This document shows, piece after piece, positions 1 through 13,606 of a stretch of 64,000 nucleotides of DNA. The position numbers and the translations under genes are program-made. Origin of the DNA: Octopus bimaculoides (Eukaryota). The notes under the pieces were generated by a model that saw only the letters and a program-made list of their open reading frames with translations, made no database searches and was not told where the DNA came from. Positions within the stretch are counted from its first letter, which is position 1; each line of letters opens with the position of its first letter. Location: NCBI RefSeq assembly GCF_001194135.2, contig NC_068994.1, positions 35,151,263 to 35,215,262 on the forward strand, written 5' to 3'.

Positions 1-72
1 TGGTGACTTCACTAGTGCCAGTGCCACAAAGGCACCCTCTGCCAAAAACACTCTGGAAAGTGGATGGCATTA

Positions 73-688
73 GGAAAAATATGACTGGGTTCTCCTGCTT
101 GTATGGCATGGTGCAGAGTCCTGTTACTAGACGTAGGGTCTTCTAGCAGCCACCCTCTTGACCCAGGGCAGCACTACCTCTTCCAGGCACTTGATGTAGG
201 CCTCTGTGTTGAGTCTGAGGCTGTGTGGGAAGATAAATAGAGGCATAACATTGCCATCACTAGTGATCATTCCAAACACCATGATGTTGACTGGATGTTT
301 GATTTTTATCACTCTCGTCATTTGTCCTCAGATTGACACCCTAAACACTCGGAAATCTTTGTACTGGAGCTTCCGGCATGAATGCTAAGCAGCACAGTAT
401 GTTGTTTCAAAATTTCTGGCAGAGTGAATGCGTCATGGTGCTGTTTTTTTCACAGGTGCCCAACTGACCCTACCATATTGTGTAGTCAACAAAATCAAAA
501 ACAAACAATGCACATGCACGAAATCAAAAATATAAAATGGCAACAATTTACCAATCACACACTTTTACATATATATATATTGTGATATCATGGTTTCTGT
601 AACACACACATGTATAAAACGTGCATGAAATGACTTTGTGGCCAAACAAATGGTAATATAAAGGAATAAACTTTGTATGTGGCCCCTG
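73..688 (-). mobile_element. Degenerate, internally deleted Tc1/mariner-superfamily DNA transposon (5' end plus catalytic fragment)
   Basis: Minus strand starts TA-CAGGGGCCACATAC (TA at 689-690). An N-terminal piece (LKQHTVLLSIHAGSSSTKISECLG/VNLRT) is fused to KHPVNIMVFGMITSDGNVMPLFIFP...CLEEVVLPWVKRV...PYV**QDSAPCHTSRRTQS, the second catalytic Asp motif, with two stops. Confidence 0.85.
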
Positions 689-1871
689 TAAGTTGAACCT
701 TGTATGCTTTGGTTAATGCTCAAATCCATCAGAAATATCCAACTAGCTAGTCATTGTTTCTTTGTCTTATTAAATATAATGATTACGATAAATTTGATTT
801 AATCTCCACTGGTCGTTTTTTTTTTTCCCACCCTTTTTTCTTTTCTTGTGCTGCGATTCAGTATACAAGAGGCACTCATTCTAACTACATTATTTCAAAC
901 CCTTTTTTCATTTCCCCTTTGGATAACAAAATAAGTAAATTGCAGCAGGAGACAGAGAGGAGATAAATGGTGGTGGGGGGTAGAGGAAAAAAGATGGTGG
1001 GGTGTTGGGGGGTAATATTTCATGTCCATGCAACAAGATTAGAATGAGGAAGGCAGTAAATCTGAATGATGATAATGATAGAAAGGAAGAAAGCGATGAT
1101 GATTATGATGATGCAATGCTGCTACTGTCAATGATGACGACTATGACAACAATAATGGCAACAGTAAAGCATAATGGTGGTATTGATAATAATGAGGCAT
1201 ATTTCTAACAATGATGATGATGATGATGATGATGGATCTAGCAAGAATAATGAAAAGATGGGGTAAAACACAAGTGGTAACTTTCAACTGTCATGTTCTG
1301 TTTGTCTATCCATCTGCATTAATGTTCGTTTTTATGTTCAGTTATAATAAAAACAATTTTACATTAATCTAATGGGTTGCTCTATGCTGTTATAGTCCAA
1401 CAGTGGCTTAGCTGGTCAAAACTTTGTAGTCACTGTCAACAACATTCTTCTCTAAGAATAATTTCACTCTCTCTCTCTTCCTCCCTCCCTCTCGTGTGTG
1501 TGTGTGTGTGTGTGTATGAGTATTTGGAGTGGCAGTAAAAATATCAACACTCCAGCTAGAAAGCTAGTCATTGCAAGGAGGGAAAGAAAAGGCCCAAGTA
1601 CAGCTGCAATGGTTTACTTTCAGCAGCACATAAATGAAGTTGGAAGCTTGTCGAAACCAGACACTGGTTCCTTAGACAAAGTAGCTAATCGTATTCAATT
1701 TAACTCAGCCCTGTTTGGAGAGGACTGCCACAAGAATGAATGGAGAAACAGGTGTTTCCCACTGGAGGTTTACAGTTGAGGATTCTCAGGTCATTCTCTA
1801 AGTAAGGCATATGGAGAAAAAGGAGACCCATCAATGTCAATATAGGGGCTGGACTGCTGAGAATGCATCTA

Positions 1872-2092
1872 CGAAGGGATGCTGAAAAGTTCCTGGCTTT
1901 TAGAGTATCAGAAAATGCCTAGTTGGAGGCCCAACTTTCCAAGATTTTTTACAGGGCTTAGAAAAACTGAAAGACCACTGCAATAAGAATGTGAATATGA
2001 GCGGGAAATATGTTGGATAAAATCTTAATAAACTGATCCACTTGTATTTTTTTTTTTTAATCCAGAGCCAGAAACTTTTCAGAACCCCCTTG
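1872..2092 (+). mobile_element. Mariner-derived MITE
   Basis: About 30-bp imperfect TIRs (cgaagggatgctgaaaagttcctggc / gccagaaacttttcagaacccccttg), TA on both sides. The interior encodes a mariner-like C-terminus, QGLEKLKDHCNKNVNMSGKYVG*. Second copy at 57561-57732. Confidence 0.85.
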
Positions 2093-2336
2093 TAGAATGC
2101 ATTGGCTGAAAGGAGGTGATCAGTGGAGTTAAGAGAATGCTGCTAGTACACAGGCCTAGATTTAATTGACTAATGACAGGTCACCTAGATGAGGCTGTAT
2201 TTCTCAAGATCTGAAACACTGTGAGTCCAGCATACACTACTGACATATCAAATCAATTCATTTATAGATGTATGTAGAACTATATGTGTGTGTATGTGTA
2301 CATATGCATGTTTGAATGTGAAATGTATATATTATA

Positions 2337-2477
2337 GGCAAGGCATGGTTGTCTGGTTAAAGTGTTTGCCACCTATCCACATGGTTTCAGATTCAGTGTA
2401 GCACCTTGGGCAAGTGTCTTCTGATTGACCTAAGCCTTGTAAGTGAATCTGATAGGCAGAAACTGAAAGAGGCTCAT

Positions 2478-2517
<40 letters not shown>

Positions 2518-2553
2518 CACGCGTGCATGCGCATGTGTGTATTTGTGTCCCCA
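2337..2553 (+). mobile_element. tRNA-headed SINE, family A (partial)
   Basis: Head ggcaaggcatggttgtctggttaa, then caccttgggcaagtgtcttct...gaaactgaaagaggc and a (TG)n tract. Matches more than ten other copies in the window. Confidence 0.7.
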
Positions 2554-2557
2554 TGTC

Positions 2558-2830
2558 TATTATTATTATTATTACTATTATGGCTGGGTTCCAACCTGAT
2601 CCACAACAACAAAGTCCACCTGCCACGCCTCTTGGTCCATTGTCACTGCCTCGAGGTCCTAGATACATTCCAGACCAGTGTCTGTAATCAAGTTGTTGAT
2701 GTAAGTGTAATGACATTTTCCTCTTCCTACATCACCATGAAATGGGTTCCACAAGGTTAATTTGGATGCTTCCATCTCGGTGACACACACAGTGGCCAGA
2801 TAGTCGCAGCCATCTTTGCCTGATCTCCTC
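2558..2830 (-). mobile_element. RTE-clade LINE 3' fragment with (TAA)n tail
   Basis: Minus-strand translation EASKLTLWNPFHGDVGRGKCHYTYINNLITDTGLECI*DLEAVTMDQEAW resembles the RTE-clade ORF C-terminus and runs directly into a (TAA)n tail. Confidence 0.65.
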
Positions 2831-3971
2831 AGTAACTTTTGTCAGGCATTATTGCATGATTGCTGTAAACAAATGTCACTGCGGGTGCTATTTACACTCA
2901 GGTACTACTGACTCACACTTCCCAACTTCTTTTGCTATCCATAGTATGACTGTAGCTTCAGAAGTTGCGCAAAGCCTTACACACAATCCTTCCTTCCCTT
3001 ACCATGTCTTTCCCACAGCCATCAAATCACAACTGTTAAATAGGTATCATATTTGATTGCATAAATGATGCATATTTTTTCCAAAATAAGAAAAAAAAGA
3101 GAGTCTCAAAAAGTCCCCTGGATCTCTTATATGTGAAGTTAGGCCTATGTTACATACTTTAAAAACATTTTTTGAAAACGTTTTTTTTCTGAATATGTGC
3201 TACTGAAATTGAGGTGCATCTAATATGCCTATGTGTCTTTTATGTCATCAAATGCAGTACATTAACTGCATCACTCTCACTGGTCAGAGAGAACCTACAA
3301 AAGCTATGGTTACAAGCTCTACCTCCAGTCCAATAAAAGAAATATAAAAGAAAGAAACTTTGTTCATTGAATTGACAGATTTTAATTAAATATTCCATAC
3401 ATATTCAACATTCAGAAAAATATACCTTTGTATGCCAGAAGGAAGAAATATTTTCTGTATATATAGTATTTTATTGCATTGTCATGTTGTAGATTTACAC
3501 ATTCATGCATCCATTCAGAAACCCACATACACAAACATAGAGAGAGAAATAAATAAATCTAAACATGCTAATACATACAAATATTAACACACAAACACAC
3601 ACCTAGGTGCCATATATGAATGCATGAAAGTATACGTACAGACACTCATAGATGTCTTTATGCAAATGTGCACATACATGCATGCATAAACACGACACCA
3701 TGTACACATGTATACTAAGACATTTTTGTAGCTGAGCCAATGAAAAATCTCTGCATGGATTAGTTCTCTTGCTAAAAATAGTAACCAAATCTTCCTGAAA
3801 TATATGTATTGTGAAATAAATGGAACACATTAGGTAATATGATCCTATAGCTACAATATCTGAAAATATGACACAACAGTCATGGGTGGAATATCTTTGA
3901 TTACAGTTCTACTCATTTACAGCTGTAAGGCCTCTGTCAGTCAATGTTGTCTATGCATCTGCACATGTATC

Positions 3972-4623
3972 TTTTATCTTTTACTTGCTTCAATCATTGA
4001 ACAGTGGCCATACTGGGGCACCACCTTCGAGGGTTTTAGTTGAACAGATTAAAGCCCAGTATTCAATTTTTTTTTATTAAATCTGGTACATATCCTTTTC
4101 GTTTCCTTTGCCAAACCACTAAGTCACAGGAACATAAACAAACCAACACTGGTTGCCAAGCAGCAGTGCAGAGAGCATTCACAGACACAAAGACTTCCAC
4201 ATATCAACATATATACACACACATACACCTACCCCCACTCTCACACCCCACACCAAATCACTCCACACACTCTAGCACTGACCACTTCCCAGTACCCAAA
4301 CCACACACCATCATCCACACATTCACACACATCAGAGTCACTAGCCCCTATTCATGCACACTATTCTCATATACACACACATGCACACCTTCACTTGGGA
4401 TCACTAGCACTTTATTATCTCCCTTTCTTTCAACCTCTTCTTTCAAACTTTTTTCTAATCATTCAACAAGTTTTTTCATTTTTGCTCTGTTTATTTTCTC
4501 TTATTCCTTTCTGTTGAAGAGTGTAGGCTTGAAATATAAAAGACTTTCATTTTCTCAAACTAATACACCTACCTGTTGTTCATATACCTGTCTTCGTCTT
4601 TTATCTTTCTATAAATTTCAACG

Positions 4624-4687
<64 letters not shown>

Positions 4688-4828
4688 AATTCCACACAGG
4701 TTCCATCAACCAAATTCATTCACAAAGCATTAGTCAGCCCAGGGCTATTTAAGTAGGTGCTGTGCAGTGAAACTGAACCCAAAACCATACAGTTTCAAAG
4801 TAAGGTCTTAACCATACAGTTATGCCTG
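3972..4828 (-). mobile_element. SINE family A with expanded internal low-complexity/(TA)n segment
   Basis: Tail (tttacttgcttcaatcattg...ccatactggggcacc) at 3972-4190 and head (gaaactgaacccaaaaccat...ccatacagttatgcctg) at 4690-4828, separated by about 500 bp of pyrimidine-rich sequence and (TA)n. Confidence 0.7.
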
Positions 4829-5854
4829 TAAGGATTTATTTCATCAACAAATTTTGAAATTCCAGTGGGTTAACTAAGTCCATCAAGTATTTCAGGTCAT
4901 GTGTCTAAGGGTTATTCTTATATCTATCTGACAGAACAGCTTTTGAAAAGACTTGAAATTCTGTGAGGAGAAGGCTAGTTGATTACATTGGCCTCAGTGC
5001 TCAACTGTCATTTTATTGACCCTGAAATGATGAAAGGCAAAGTTGACCTCAACAGCATTCAAATTCAGAACATAAAGTCAAATGAAACGCTGTTAAGTAT
5101 TTTGTGTAGCAAGCTAATGATTCAGCCAGCTCACCTCCTTAACAGTTGGAAACAATGGCATCAAAACTGATCAATGCTTAAACACACAGGAACTATTTCA
5201 AGGAAGTGAGAACCAGGAAATGTACCTCACAGAGAATTAAAAATAGAATTTTGGTGCATACAGACACATACTTATACATATATATATATATACGTGTATG
5301 TATGTATATATGTATGTGCATAAACACACACGTATTCAGATATGTATAAGTACATCTATACAGATGTACACATAACCACACAGACACATACATATATATT
5401 TATACATAACACAAACAAATATGAATATATATGCACAGACATATCTACAAACTTAAGAAGTACACTATCAATGATCAATCAATACAGACTTACTATATTT
5501 ACTGACTTCCAATTTCGCCATAAAAAAAAAAAAGAAAGAGAACAACCCCTCCTTTTCAACCAGTCTTGCACTATCTTTAATCAAAATTCTATAACACCAA
5601 CATCATTGCCACCAATAAATATCACCCCTTTCATCCACCACCCCACCAACACTGGCAATGTTCCGCTAAAAATTGGTAAGTGCAATATCTATCATAACTC
5701 ATTTTCAAATTTAATCAGTAATTAAGAGCATTAAAACTATCTGGCTATGTCTCTAAGTAATAACTGCTTCTGATTTAGGCAGAGGGACATACAAATTTTT
5801 TAAGGGAAAAGGTCAGTCAATATCGTTTACTCCAGTATTTGACTGGTACTAATG

Positions 5855-6070
5855 GCTTCAAATTTTGGCACAAGGCAAGCAATTTTGAGGGATAGGGTAT
5901 GTCAATTACATCAACCTCCAGTGATCAGCTGGTACTTATTTTATTGACCCCCAAAAGGATAAAAGGTGAAGTCAACTCGGTAGAATGTGAACTCTGAACG
6001 TAAAGACTGATGAAATGCCATAAAGTATTTTGCCCAGCGTGCTAACGATTCTGCCATCTCACCACTTCTG
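5855..6070 (-). mobile_element. tRNA-headed SINE, family B
   Basis: Plus strand reads ttcaaattttggcacaagg...gaccccc-aaaggat-aaagg...aagtcaactc...ctaacgattctgccatctcaccac, then (AAT)n. The minus strand carries a B-box-like GAGTTCA. Confidence 0.75.
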
Positions 6071-6419
6071 ACTGATACTAATAATAACAATAAAAAAAGT
6101 ATATCAAGTATATTTTAACAAGAGAATGCTGGTTATATCCTAAAAAAATATTTCAAACAATAATTAAAATGAATTACTTCTACTGGTGTTTACCACTCAC
6201 ACCATTTTTCTCTATTTCCCACTGACCTTTCACACTCTCATAAACTTATTTGCCCATTCATTCTATCTAATCCTCTTTACCACTGAGGGTGTGCCAGGAT
6301 ACAACTTCTTCACCATCACCTCTCTCTCTCTCGCCAGCATGACACCCATTTACCTTTATCATACTCTAACTCATCACCTGGCACAAAGCCATCTCCCTCA
6401 GTACTATCCCCACTCAGTT

Positions 6420-6651
6420 GAGGGGTCTTGTCTTGCAAGTGACTTGGTGTCCTTGCAGGTGCTACAGCCATGTAAAAAATATCCAGTATACTTGGAAAAG
6501 TGAATGGCATTAGGAAGGGTGTTGTTACAGAATCCATGCCAAAGCAAACAATAGAGTTTGGTGCAGTCTTCTGGTTCACCAGCTCCTGTCAAAGAGTGCA
6601 ACCCATGCCAGTGTTCAAAACAGGCATTAAATGAGGATGATGATGATGAAG
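6420..6651 (+). mobile_element. RTE-type LINE 3' UTR/tail fragment
   Basis: gtcttgcaagtgacttggtg...ggcattaggaaggg...caacccatgccag...ttaaatgaggatgatgatgat. Same tail module as the RTE at 38130-38307. Confidence 0.65.
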
Positions 6652-6707
6652 AAGACAAAATGGAGTTGTTAAAATTTCTTATTCTCTTACTTATACACTT
6701 TATATTC

Positions 6708-6796
6708 TGTCTCCAATGATGGAATACACAGTATATGGAAATGTGGATCAACACATTGATCCATTACCTGGGATATCCAGAAACAGCTATAAGACA
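6708..6796 (+). ncRNA. Degenerate type I hammerhead-ribozyme-like motif (Penelope-type)
   Basis: Stem I tgtct(6708-6712)/agaca(6792-6796). Core CCAATGA (6713-6719). Stem II tgga/tcca with an inner 8-bp hairpin tggatcaa/ttgatcca. Then GAAAC-AGCT-ATA (6780-6791). Three core positions deviate from consensus. Confidence 0.55.
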
Positions 6797-8441
6797 CTAT
6801 TATATCATTTTTATTTTATTTTTGCTTACTTTCTTTTACCATTATACCAATTTAAATGAATTAATAAGCTTGTCCTGCCTTGATTTTGTTTTCCTCTTCT
6901 TTGAATTACACCTACTGACTCACAGGTAGGTTACGGATCACCGAATCTCTCCCTATTGGATGGTGGCAACCACAACTTCAGACCTCATTGTGAACTTGGA
7001 TCCCAGTAGCTTATCAATTGGAACACTCAAACCGCATACCTATTAGGTTACCAGTAACTTAAACTCTTCCTCTTCTGTATAATGACACATATAATTAATG
7101 TATTACATATGTCGTTAATGGTTGATGACTTGATACCGTAAGAACATGAACTATCAGAGAATGTTCTATAACAACATCAGACTAATTCTTATATCCTTCA
7201 CATGAAATATATACAAATAAAAACTGTATTACTTAGCCCATCATTGATAGAGAAATGTGAACACTAAATTTAGTGCTCAACAAATAATACACCCCCACCG
7301 CACCCCAAAAAATACAGAACATTACAAAACTTGATATCAACAGAAAAGGATAGACTAGTATCCAGTGGAAATAATGTCAATCTAAACAATATTTTCTACT
7401 CTAGGCACAAGGCCCAATGCCAATCTAAATAATAGGTAGAAATTTTCATATCAAGTTTCACAAATAAAACAAATAAAAAAAAAAAGGCATAAATGGATAT
7501 GTGAAGAATATCTTTCAAATCTAGATATTTTACAACAACACTATCTCTGAAAAATAAACTACAATATATTTGTGTCAAATAACTTGGGTCTAAACAAAAT
7601 GTGTGATCCCAACAAAGTCATTACCTTCCGAAATAAAGTCATTACATTCAGAAATAAAAAAAAGAAACAATAAATAAAATTTTAAAAAATGAAAACATAG
7701 GCACAAACTAGCTAAGCAGTTAATCCTATTGCACCATGTTCCTGGTATAGCAGGAATAACTTAAATGTAAAGTAGCAGTTTGCGTGGACAAGTATGGTAG
7801 TTGACAGACCTATCATTGTTATTCTACCAATTTTTTTTGTTTGTTTTTTGTTTCTGTCCATTAGTTTGTCTGCAATGTACAAATATGGTAGTTGAGAGAT
7901 AGGCCTATTACTGTTATTCTCCTGATTTTTTTTCTTTTTTTTTCTTTTTTTTTTGTGATTCTGTCCACTAGTTTGCTTGCAATCATTATTCTTGAGCTGT
8001 GTATGGATTTATTTATTTATCTTTGTGATCAGGGGCCCAGGTAGAAAGTAGTGTTAGATACAGGGGCCCAAATCTGAGAAGGGTAAGAAGATGGCTTTGC
8101 AACCATGTAGTTTTGGGGTTCAGTCCCATTGCACAGCACTGCACCTAAGGCAGGTGACTTCTACTACAGTCCTGGGATGACTAATCTTTGTGGGTAAATT
8201 TGGTGGTTGAAAACTGTGTGGAAGTCCATCATATATATAAGTATGTGTGTGTGTCTGTGTGTGTCTCTTTGTGTTTGTCCCCACCACCACAAACTTATGA
8301 TTAAGACATTTCAACCATGTCATCCATTTTTTTTTTTTTTTGTGACTACAATATTTAATGTAGCTTTTCTTTAAGATGGTAAAACGTTGATTGAGAGAAA
8401 TTTGGCTGCTTTTTCTAACAGGTTAAAATGATCACAGAGAG

Positions 8442-8592
8442 CAGACATGGGAAACCATTTTTGAGAAGCAGGCTGTGTGAAGCATGATTCATCACTAGGT
8501 AGGCCACACAACTAAAAAACAAAAATTCAAGATAATTTTTTGTCATGCATGTCATTCACACAGTCCCATGGGCTGCAAGTTGCCTGTGACTG
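8442..8592. mobile_element. Possible old hAT-type MITE
   Basis: Ends cagacatgggaaac / gttgcctgtgactg form a 14-bp inverted repeat with 10 matches. No clean 8-bp TSD. Confidence 0.3.
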
Positions 8593-8811
8593 AGATAAAG
8601 AGCCCTTTGTAAATTGTCAGATTGCATTTATGTAGATATGTTTAATGCATGGTGCCCCAGCTTGACCACAACCTTAGGGCTGAAACATGCAAAAGAATAA
8701 AAGAGTCCACGTCAGTGTATGTTTGTGTGTGTATGTTAAAATACATAAAATATATACTGAAAGTAAAACAAATATAACAACAATAACAATAATCTTTATA
8801 ATAATAATCAT

Positions 8812-9200
8812 CTTTTCTACCATATGCATAAGGCCTGAAATTTCGTGGGAGTGGGCCTAGTTGATTACAACTCCCTAAGTGCTCAATTGGTACTTATTTT
8901 ATCAAACCCCAAAACTAAAAGGCAAAGTCAACTTCAATGAAATTTGAACTCAGAAACTAAAGAACCAGAAGAAATGCAGAGAAGCATTTTGTCTGGTGCA
9001 CTAACAATTCTGCCAGCTCACAGTCGTAACAATGGTAATAATTATAATAAAAATAATCCTTTCTACTATAGGCACATGACCTGAAATTTTGATGGAAGAG
9101 GGGTAGTTGATTACATCGACCCCAATGCATGACTGGTATTTTTATCAACCTTGAAAGGATGAAAAGCAAAGTCAATCTAGGAAGTCTTTGAACTCCAAAC
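8812..9200 (-). mobile_element. Two tandem SINE family B copies
   Basis: Units at 8812-9022 and 9058-9200, same orientation, separated by an AAT-rich spacer. Confidence 0.75.
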
Positions 9201-9229
9201 ATAAAGATAGATGATGATGATGATGATGT

Positions 9230-9545
9230 GACACATAAAAGGCACCTGTGCCAGTAACATGAGAAAGGCACTTGTGCCAGTGGCATGTAAACTGCACCCA
9301 TGGCAGTGACATGTAAATTGGCACCCCACTGATGACATGTAAAATGGTACCCATGCTGGTGACATGTAAAAACACACTCAGCATACTCTGTAAAGTAGCT
9401 GGTATTGGGAAGGGCATCCAGCCACAGAAACCAAGCCAAAACAGAAGACTGAAGCCTGAGCAGCTCTCCAACTTAACAGCTCTGGTCAAACTATCTAACC
9501 TATGCCAGCAATAAAAATGGACATCAAATGATGATGATAATGATG
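9230..9545 (+). mobile_element. RTE-type 3' UTR with ~24-bp tandem units and (GAT)n tail
   Basis: Repeated gtgccagtggcatgtaaa-gcacc-like units, then ggtattgggaagggcatccagcc...acatcaaatgatgatgat. Confidence 0.7.
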
Positions 9546-10054
9546 ATAATTACTATAATAATAATGACTACAAAAGGAGAAAATAACATTAAATAATGTA
9601 ATAAACTGATGAAGAACAAGAAGAAACAAAAAACAAGACAAAAATAATAAATAGAGAAAAAAAGTTGATTATTTAACCCAGCATTTTATAACCTGGCATT
9701 TTCTAATGGCAGAGAGTAAAGTAAAATAAGAATGAAATGAAATAAGACAAAATAAAATAAAATGAACAATAGCTGAAAAGTGAAGAATTGGAAATTTGCC
9801 AAGAGGGGAAGTGCCAACAGATTTTATCAAGGTTCCAATGGAAATAGTTTGGATGTGATCAAGGACATTTTAAATTTGTTTTATGAGAAAAAGAATGAAT
9901 GAATATATGAATAAATAATGTTAATCAACAGGTAAAAAAAAAAAAATACAAAATTGTATTATGCGTATGAGCATGTATACATTTGTGGGAGTTTCTATAT
10001 ATATATACATATATATGCATATGTGTGTATATATATATATAGATAGATAAATAG

Positions 10055-10135
<81 letters not shown>

Positions 10136-11059
10136 TATTTATATATAGTTTTTATTACAGCCGAAAAAAAAAACTCCACAAATTATCACTCAGAGTTTCA
10201 CGCTACTGTTTGTTGGACAGTTGTGTGATCATACTAAATTAAAAATTCTGATGGTACATGTAATATAATATATGATGTAATACAATTCAACAAATAAGCA
10301 ATTAAATTTGATTGGGTGACTGATTTTCAGAAACATAATGGTGTAGTCTTGCTACTAGTGAGTAGGGGGATAGAACTTAATGGTGAAATTTATAAATATT
10401 TAATAATAAAATTGTAAAAAATCTTGTGTAAAAGCGAATGAAAATGGGAGGAATATATCCAGAAAATTAGGAATTGCAAATGATTAATTAATAATTAAAT
10501 GGAACAATTGGATTGCAAATTGGGTATTTAAAAGTTGAGATTATAATAAGCAATAAATGAGAAATTAAATGAATAAACAAGTGTGCAAAAAATATATATC
10601 ATTGCAAATGAAAGAAAAAGAAAGAGAAAGAAGAAATGATAGCAATATTGGACAGGTAATTGAATTAAAGCAAGACAGAAAAAGGTGACGTTGAGGAAGG
10701 AGAAAAAAAACAAAGAAGAGAATTGGAAAAAAGGAGGCCAGAGAGAACGAGGAAGCAACTGATATGGGTTATATAAGGGGGAGGGAGAAATAAGTTAGTA
10801 AGTTTATGAATGTTTTGTAACCAATGTGTATCGAAGGTATAATTAAGTAGAAATAGTAAGGTTTAAGAAGATTATAGAAAATATTAGAGAACAATGCATG
10901 GGCACACATATACAGCAGAAAGACTAGTGGAAGGTGTGTATATAGAAATATATATATATATATATATAAACACACACCCAAATTAAAACCCCTAAACCTG
11001 TATGCTTGCACAAATATATACATGTATACTGTATTTAAACACAAGTTTAAATACAGTAT

Positions 11060-11290
11060 ACAAGTGAAAGAGAAAACTGCATTGGTATATGCTTGTGATA
11101 TGTATGAAAGATGTCAGTTGTATAAGGAAGTGCCAAGCACTCCAAATGATAGGAATTTGTGGAAAAAAGAGAGCTAAGAAGCCATAAAGAACCATAAAGA
11201 ACCTTTCATAGGTGATGACAAAGGTTCTTGAGTGGTGACACAGGGTACTGGAGCAGATTTGCCCATCAATGTAACAACAGTGAAACATAT
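11060..11290 (+). mobile_element. Highly decayed RTE ORF C-terminal remnant
   Basis: aaactgcattggtatatgcttgtgatatgtatgaaagatgtcagttgt...ggaatttgtggaaaaaagagagctaagaagcca parallels the LHWYGHV...GTCGRGR..KTW segment at 37480-37600. Confidence 0.5.
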
Positions 11291-13561
11291 TTAAATAGTA
11301 GTTGTAATGAAGATTAAGAAAAAGAAAATTGACATTTGGGTTTCTTACCTAGGGCCCCTAAAACAATCTGGGAAAACAAAATGCTTTAGGGCACCAGGAG
11401 TGGTGCTTTACTCTAAAGTCAAAGGATGTGCGGTTATTTTTGTTTTTAGGAAGGTGTCTGGCAGATTGTCAAGGAGCCCTCCCTTGCTCTACAGATCGTT
11501 TACTGGTTGAATCCCATTCTTAAGTTCTGCTCTCACCACCATCTACAGTTCTTCCTGTTTCTTTGCTCCAGTTCATCTAATACTCAACTTCTCTGTTTGT
11601 GTAACAAGGGATAGCACTGGAGTTGTGTATATTTGTATATGCTACAAGAATAAACTGTTGTCACCCAACATACATATCTTGCATTATGCTGTCTATGTAA
11701 CAAGAGACGGTATTAGAACAGTTCATTTCAACACCCTTACCATGACCAGTCTTCACTTTATTATTTGCCATCATTTTATTAGGTGTCATCTCACTGTATT
11801 CTAACCATTCCTTTATTGTTTACAATCACTTATAACCAAGGATGACTTGATAGCATGTATGATGCTCTCACTAATAGTTTTAGGAACCCATTCAATTGTG
11901 AGCAGACACAAATATCCTCTTTGCTCCCTCTGATCCCTGACCCTGTAGTACATCCAGGGTGTAACAAATGAATGGGAAGAAGGCTGCACCAGCATGCACT
12001 GGTATTTCATTTATTGATCCCAGAAGGATAAAAGACCAAGCTAACCTAGGTAGAATTTGAACTCATACTAATGACCTGACACAAACGCTTACAACAGAGA
12101 GGGTTCTACAAAAAGTTACTAAGGGCTAGATTTTAAACCAGTTACAGAATTGTCTACCATCCCCTCAAAAAAATCAATGGTTTCTCTCTCATAAGCTTCC
12201 ATTTACAAAGTTTTGGTCAACTCGAACACCCAAAGTGCCACGCAGTGGACTTGAACCTGTAACTATTTGCAGGCAAAGTGAACTCCTGAACAACATGGCC
12301 ATGCCTGCACTCACTGTTATTCATTTTTTATTCCAAGCAACGACATGCAAGGACATAACTGGACTGGAATGCTACTACTGTATTTGTGGCCAACTGTTTT
12401 GTTTTAACCCATAATCTGCTATTGTCTTATTTCTTCATTTATGTGCATGCATGTGTGTGTGTCTGTGTCTGTGTGTATGTGTGCGCGCATTTGAGTGTGC
12501 ATGCATGTGTTTTATAATATAATTATGTTTGCTAGCTTCAGTGTGTAAAGTGTAGTATTTTATGACACTTCATAAAAGCCAACAGAGTTCATAGAAACTG
12601 TTCTCCTGTTCTATCTTTCTTCTGGACAACTATAGATAGATAGACAACAAAAACGATTGCATAGCTGAGAATATTAGAAAACACTTTATCTAAATCATAT
12701 TTTTTTATGTATTGTGTCTTGTTGCTTGTGTGCGTGTATGTGTGTATGTGTGTGTGTGTGTTAGTATTGACAAAGCTTCTTGTCACAATTCAGAAACTTT
12801 ATAATCATTTCTTCTTTCCACCCTACCACTAACCATTTTCTTTTTTTTTACATTTTTTTTTTCATCTTGTTGTGTGTACTTTCCCAGTCATCCATTCACT
12901 CCCTCTCCAGATAATAGACAGGCCTTTGTATCCCTTGAGTTAAGACTAGTCTATTATTTCTTGAAGGGAACCACACAGTGGACATCTGGCAACCTATGAG
13001 AGAAGCCTAGTTTATTAGATTTCAGCTATACTCAACAGAGGGGGGGGGGAATCTATAGAGGAAGCCAAGGCAAAAATAAATAACTAAAAAACAAATAATA
13101 AAAGTACAAGATAAAAAATAAGATAAAAAGATTAAAAAAATTATAAACATCAAGTTGTATAACTTGACAGTATTGTGTGCAGTGGTTATACACTTTTGTA
13201 AAAAAAAGGAAGCCGTAAATATATAAATAAATAAGTGCGTGTGTGTGTATATATCTTTTGGAAATATGGTTTAGGTTTTATAGCCTATATAACAATAAAG
13301 AAAGCAAGATTAAAAAACATTATATATCATGTGTGTGCATATGCATAATTATGATTGTTTCTGTGTGTATATGTGTGTGTGTGTGTATTCATATTTCTAT
13401 GTTCATGTATGTATTTGCATTTATGTATATTCATATGTAAATGTTCATATTTGCATATTTATGTATATGTGTATATGTGCATGTATGCTCATGTGTTTGT
13501 ATATATGTACGTGAGAAGGTATGTATGTGTATAAGCATATATGTATGCATCTTTGCATGTA

Positions 13562-13606
<45 letters not shown>

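Noticed and set aside
1498-1860. 93-aa ORF and GC-richer stretch (similar character at 61320-61800)
   Set aside because: Probably decayed retroelement leader sequence, but no family or protein motif could be supported from the sequence alone.
4040-4756. 238-aa plus-strand ORF (also 32391-32861, 156 aa)
   Set aside because: Runs across SINE halves or G-poor pyrimidine-rich tracts. No domain signature.
10181-10225. Possible sixth hammerhead (minus strand CCAACAA...GAAACTCTGAGTG)
   Set aside because: Needs at least three core repairs, has only a 2-bp stem II, and has G at the cleavage position. Not distinguishable from chance by eye.
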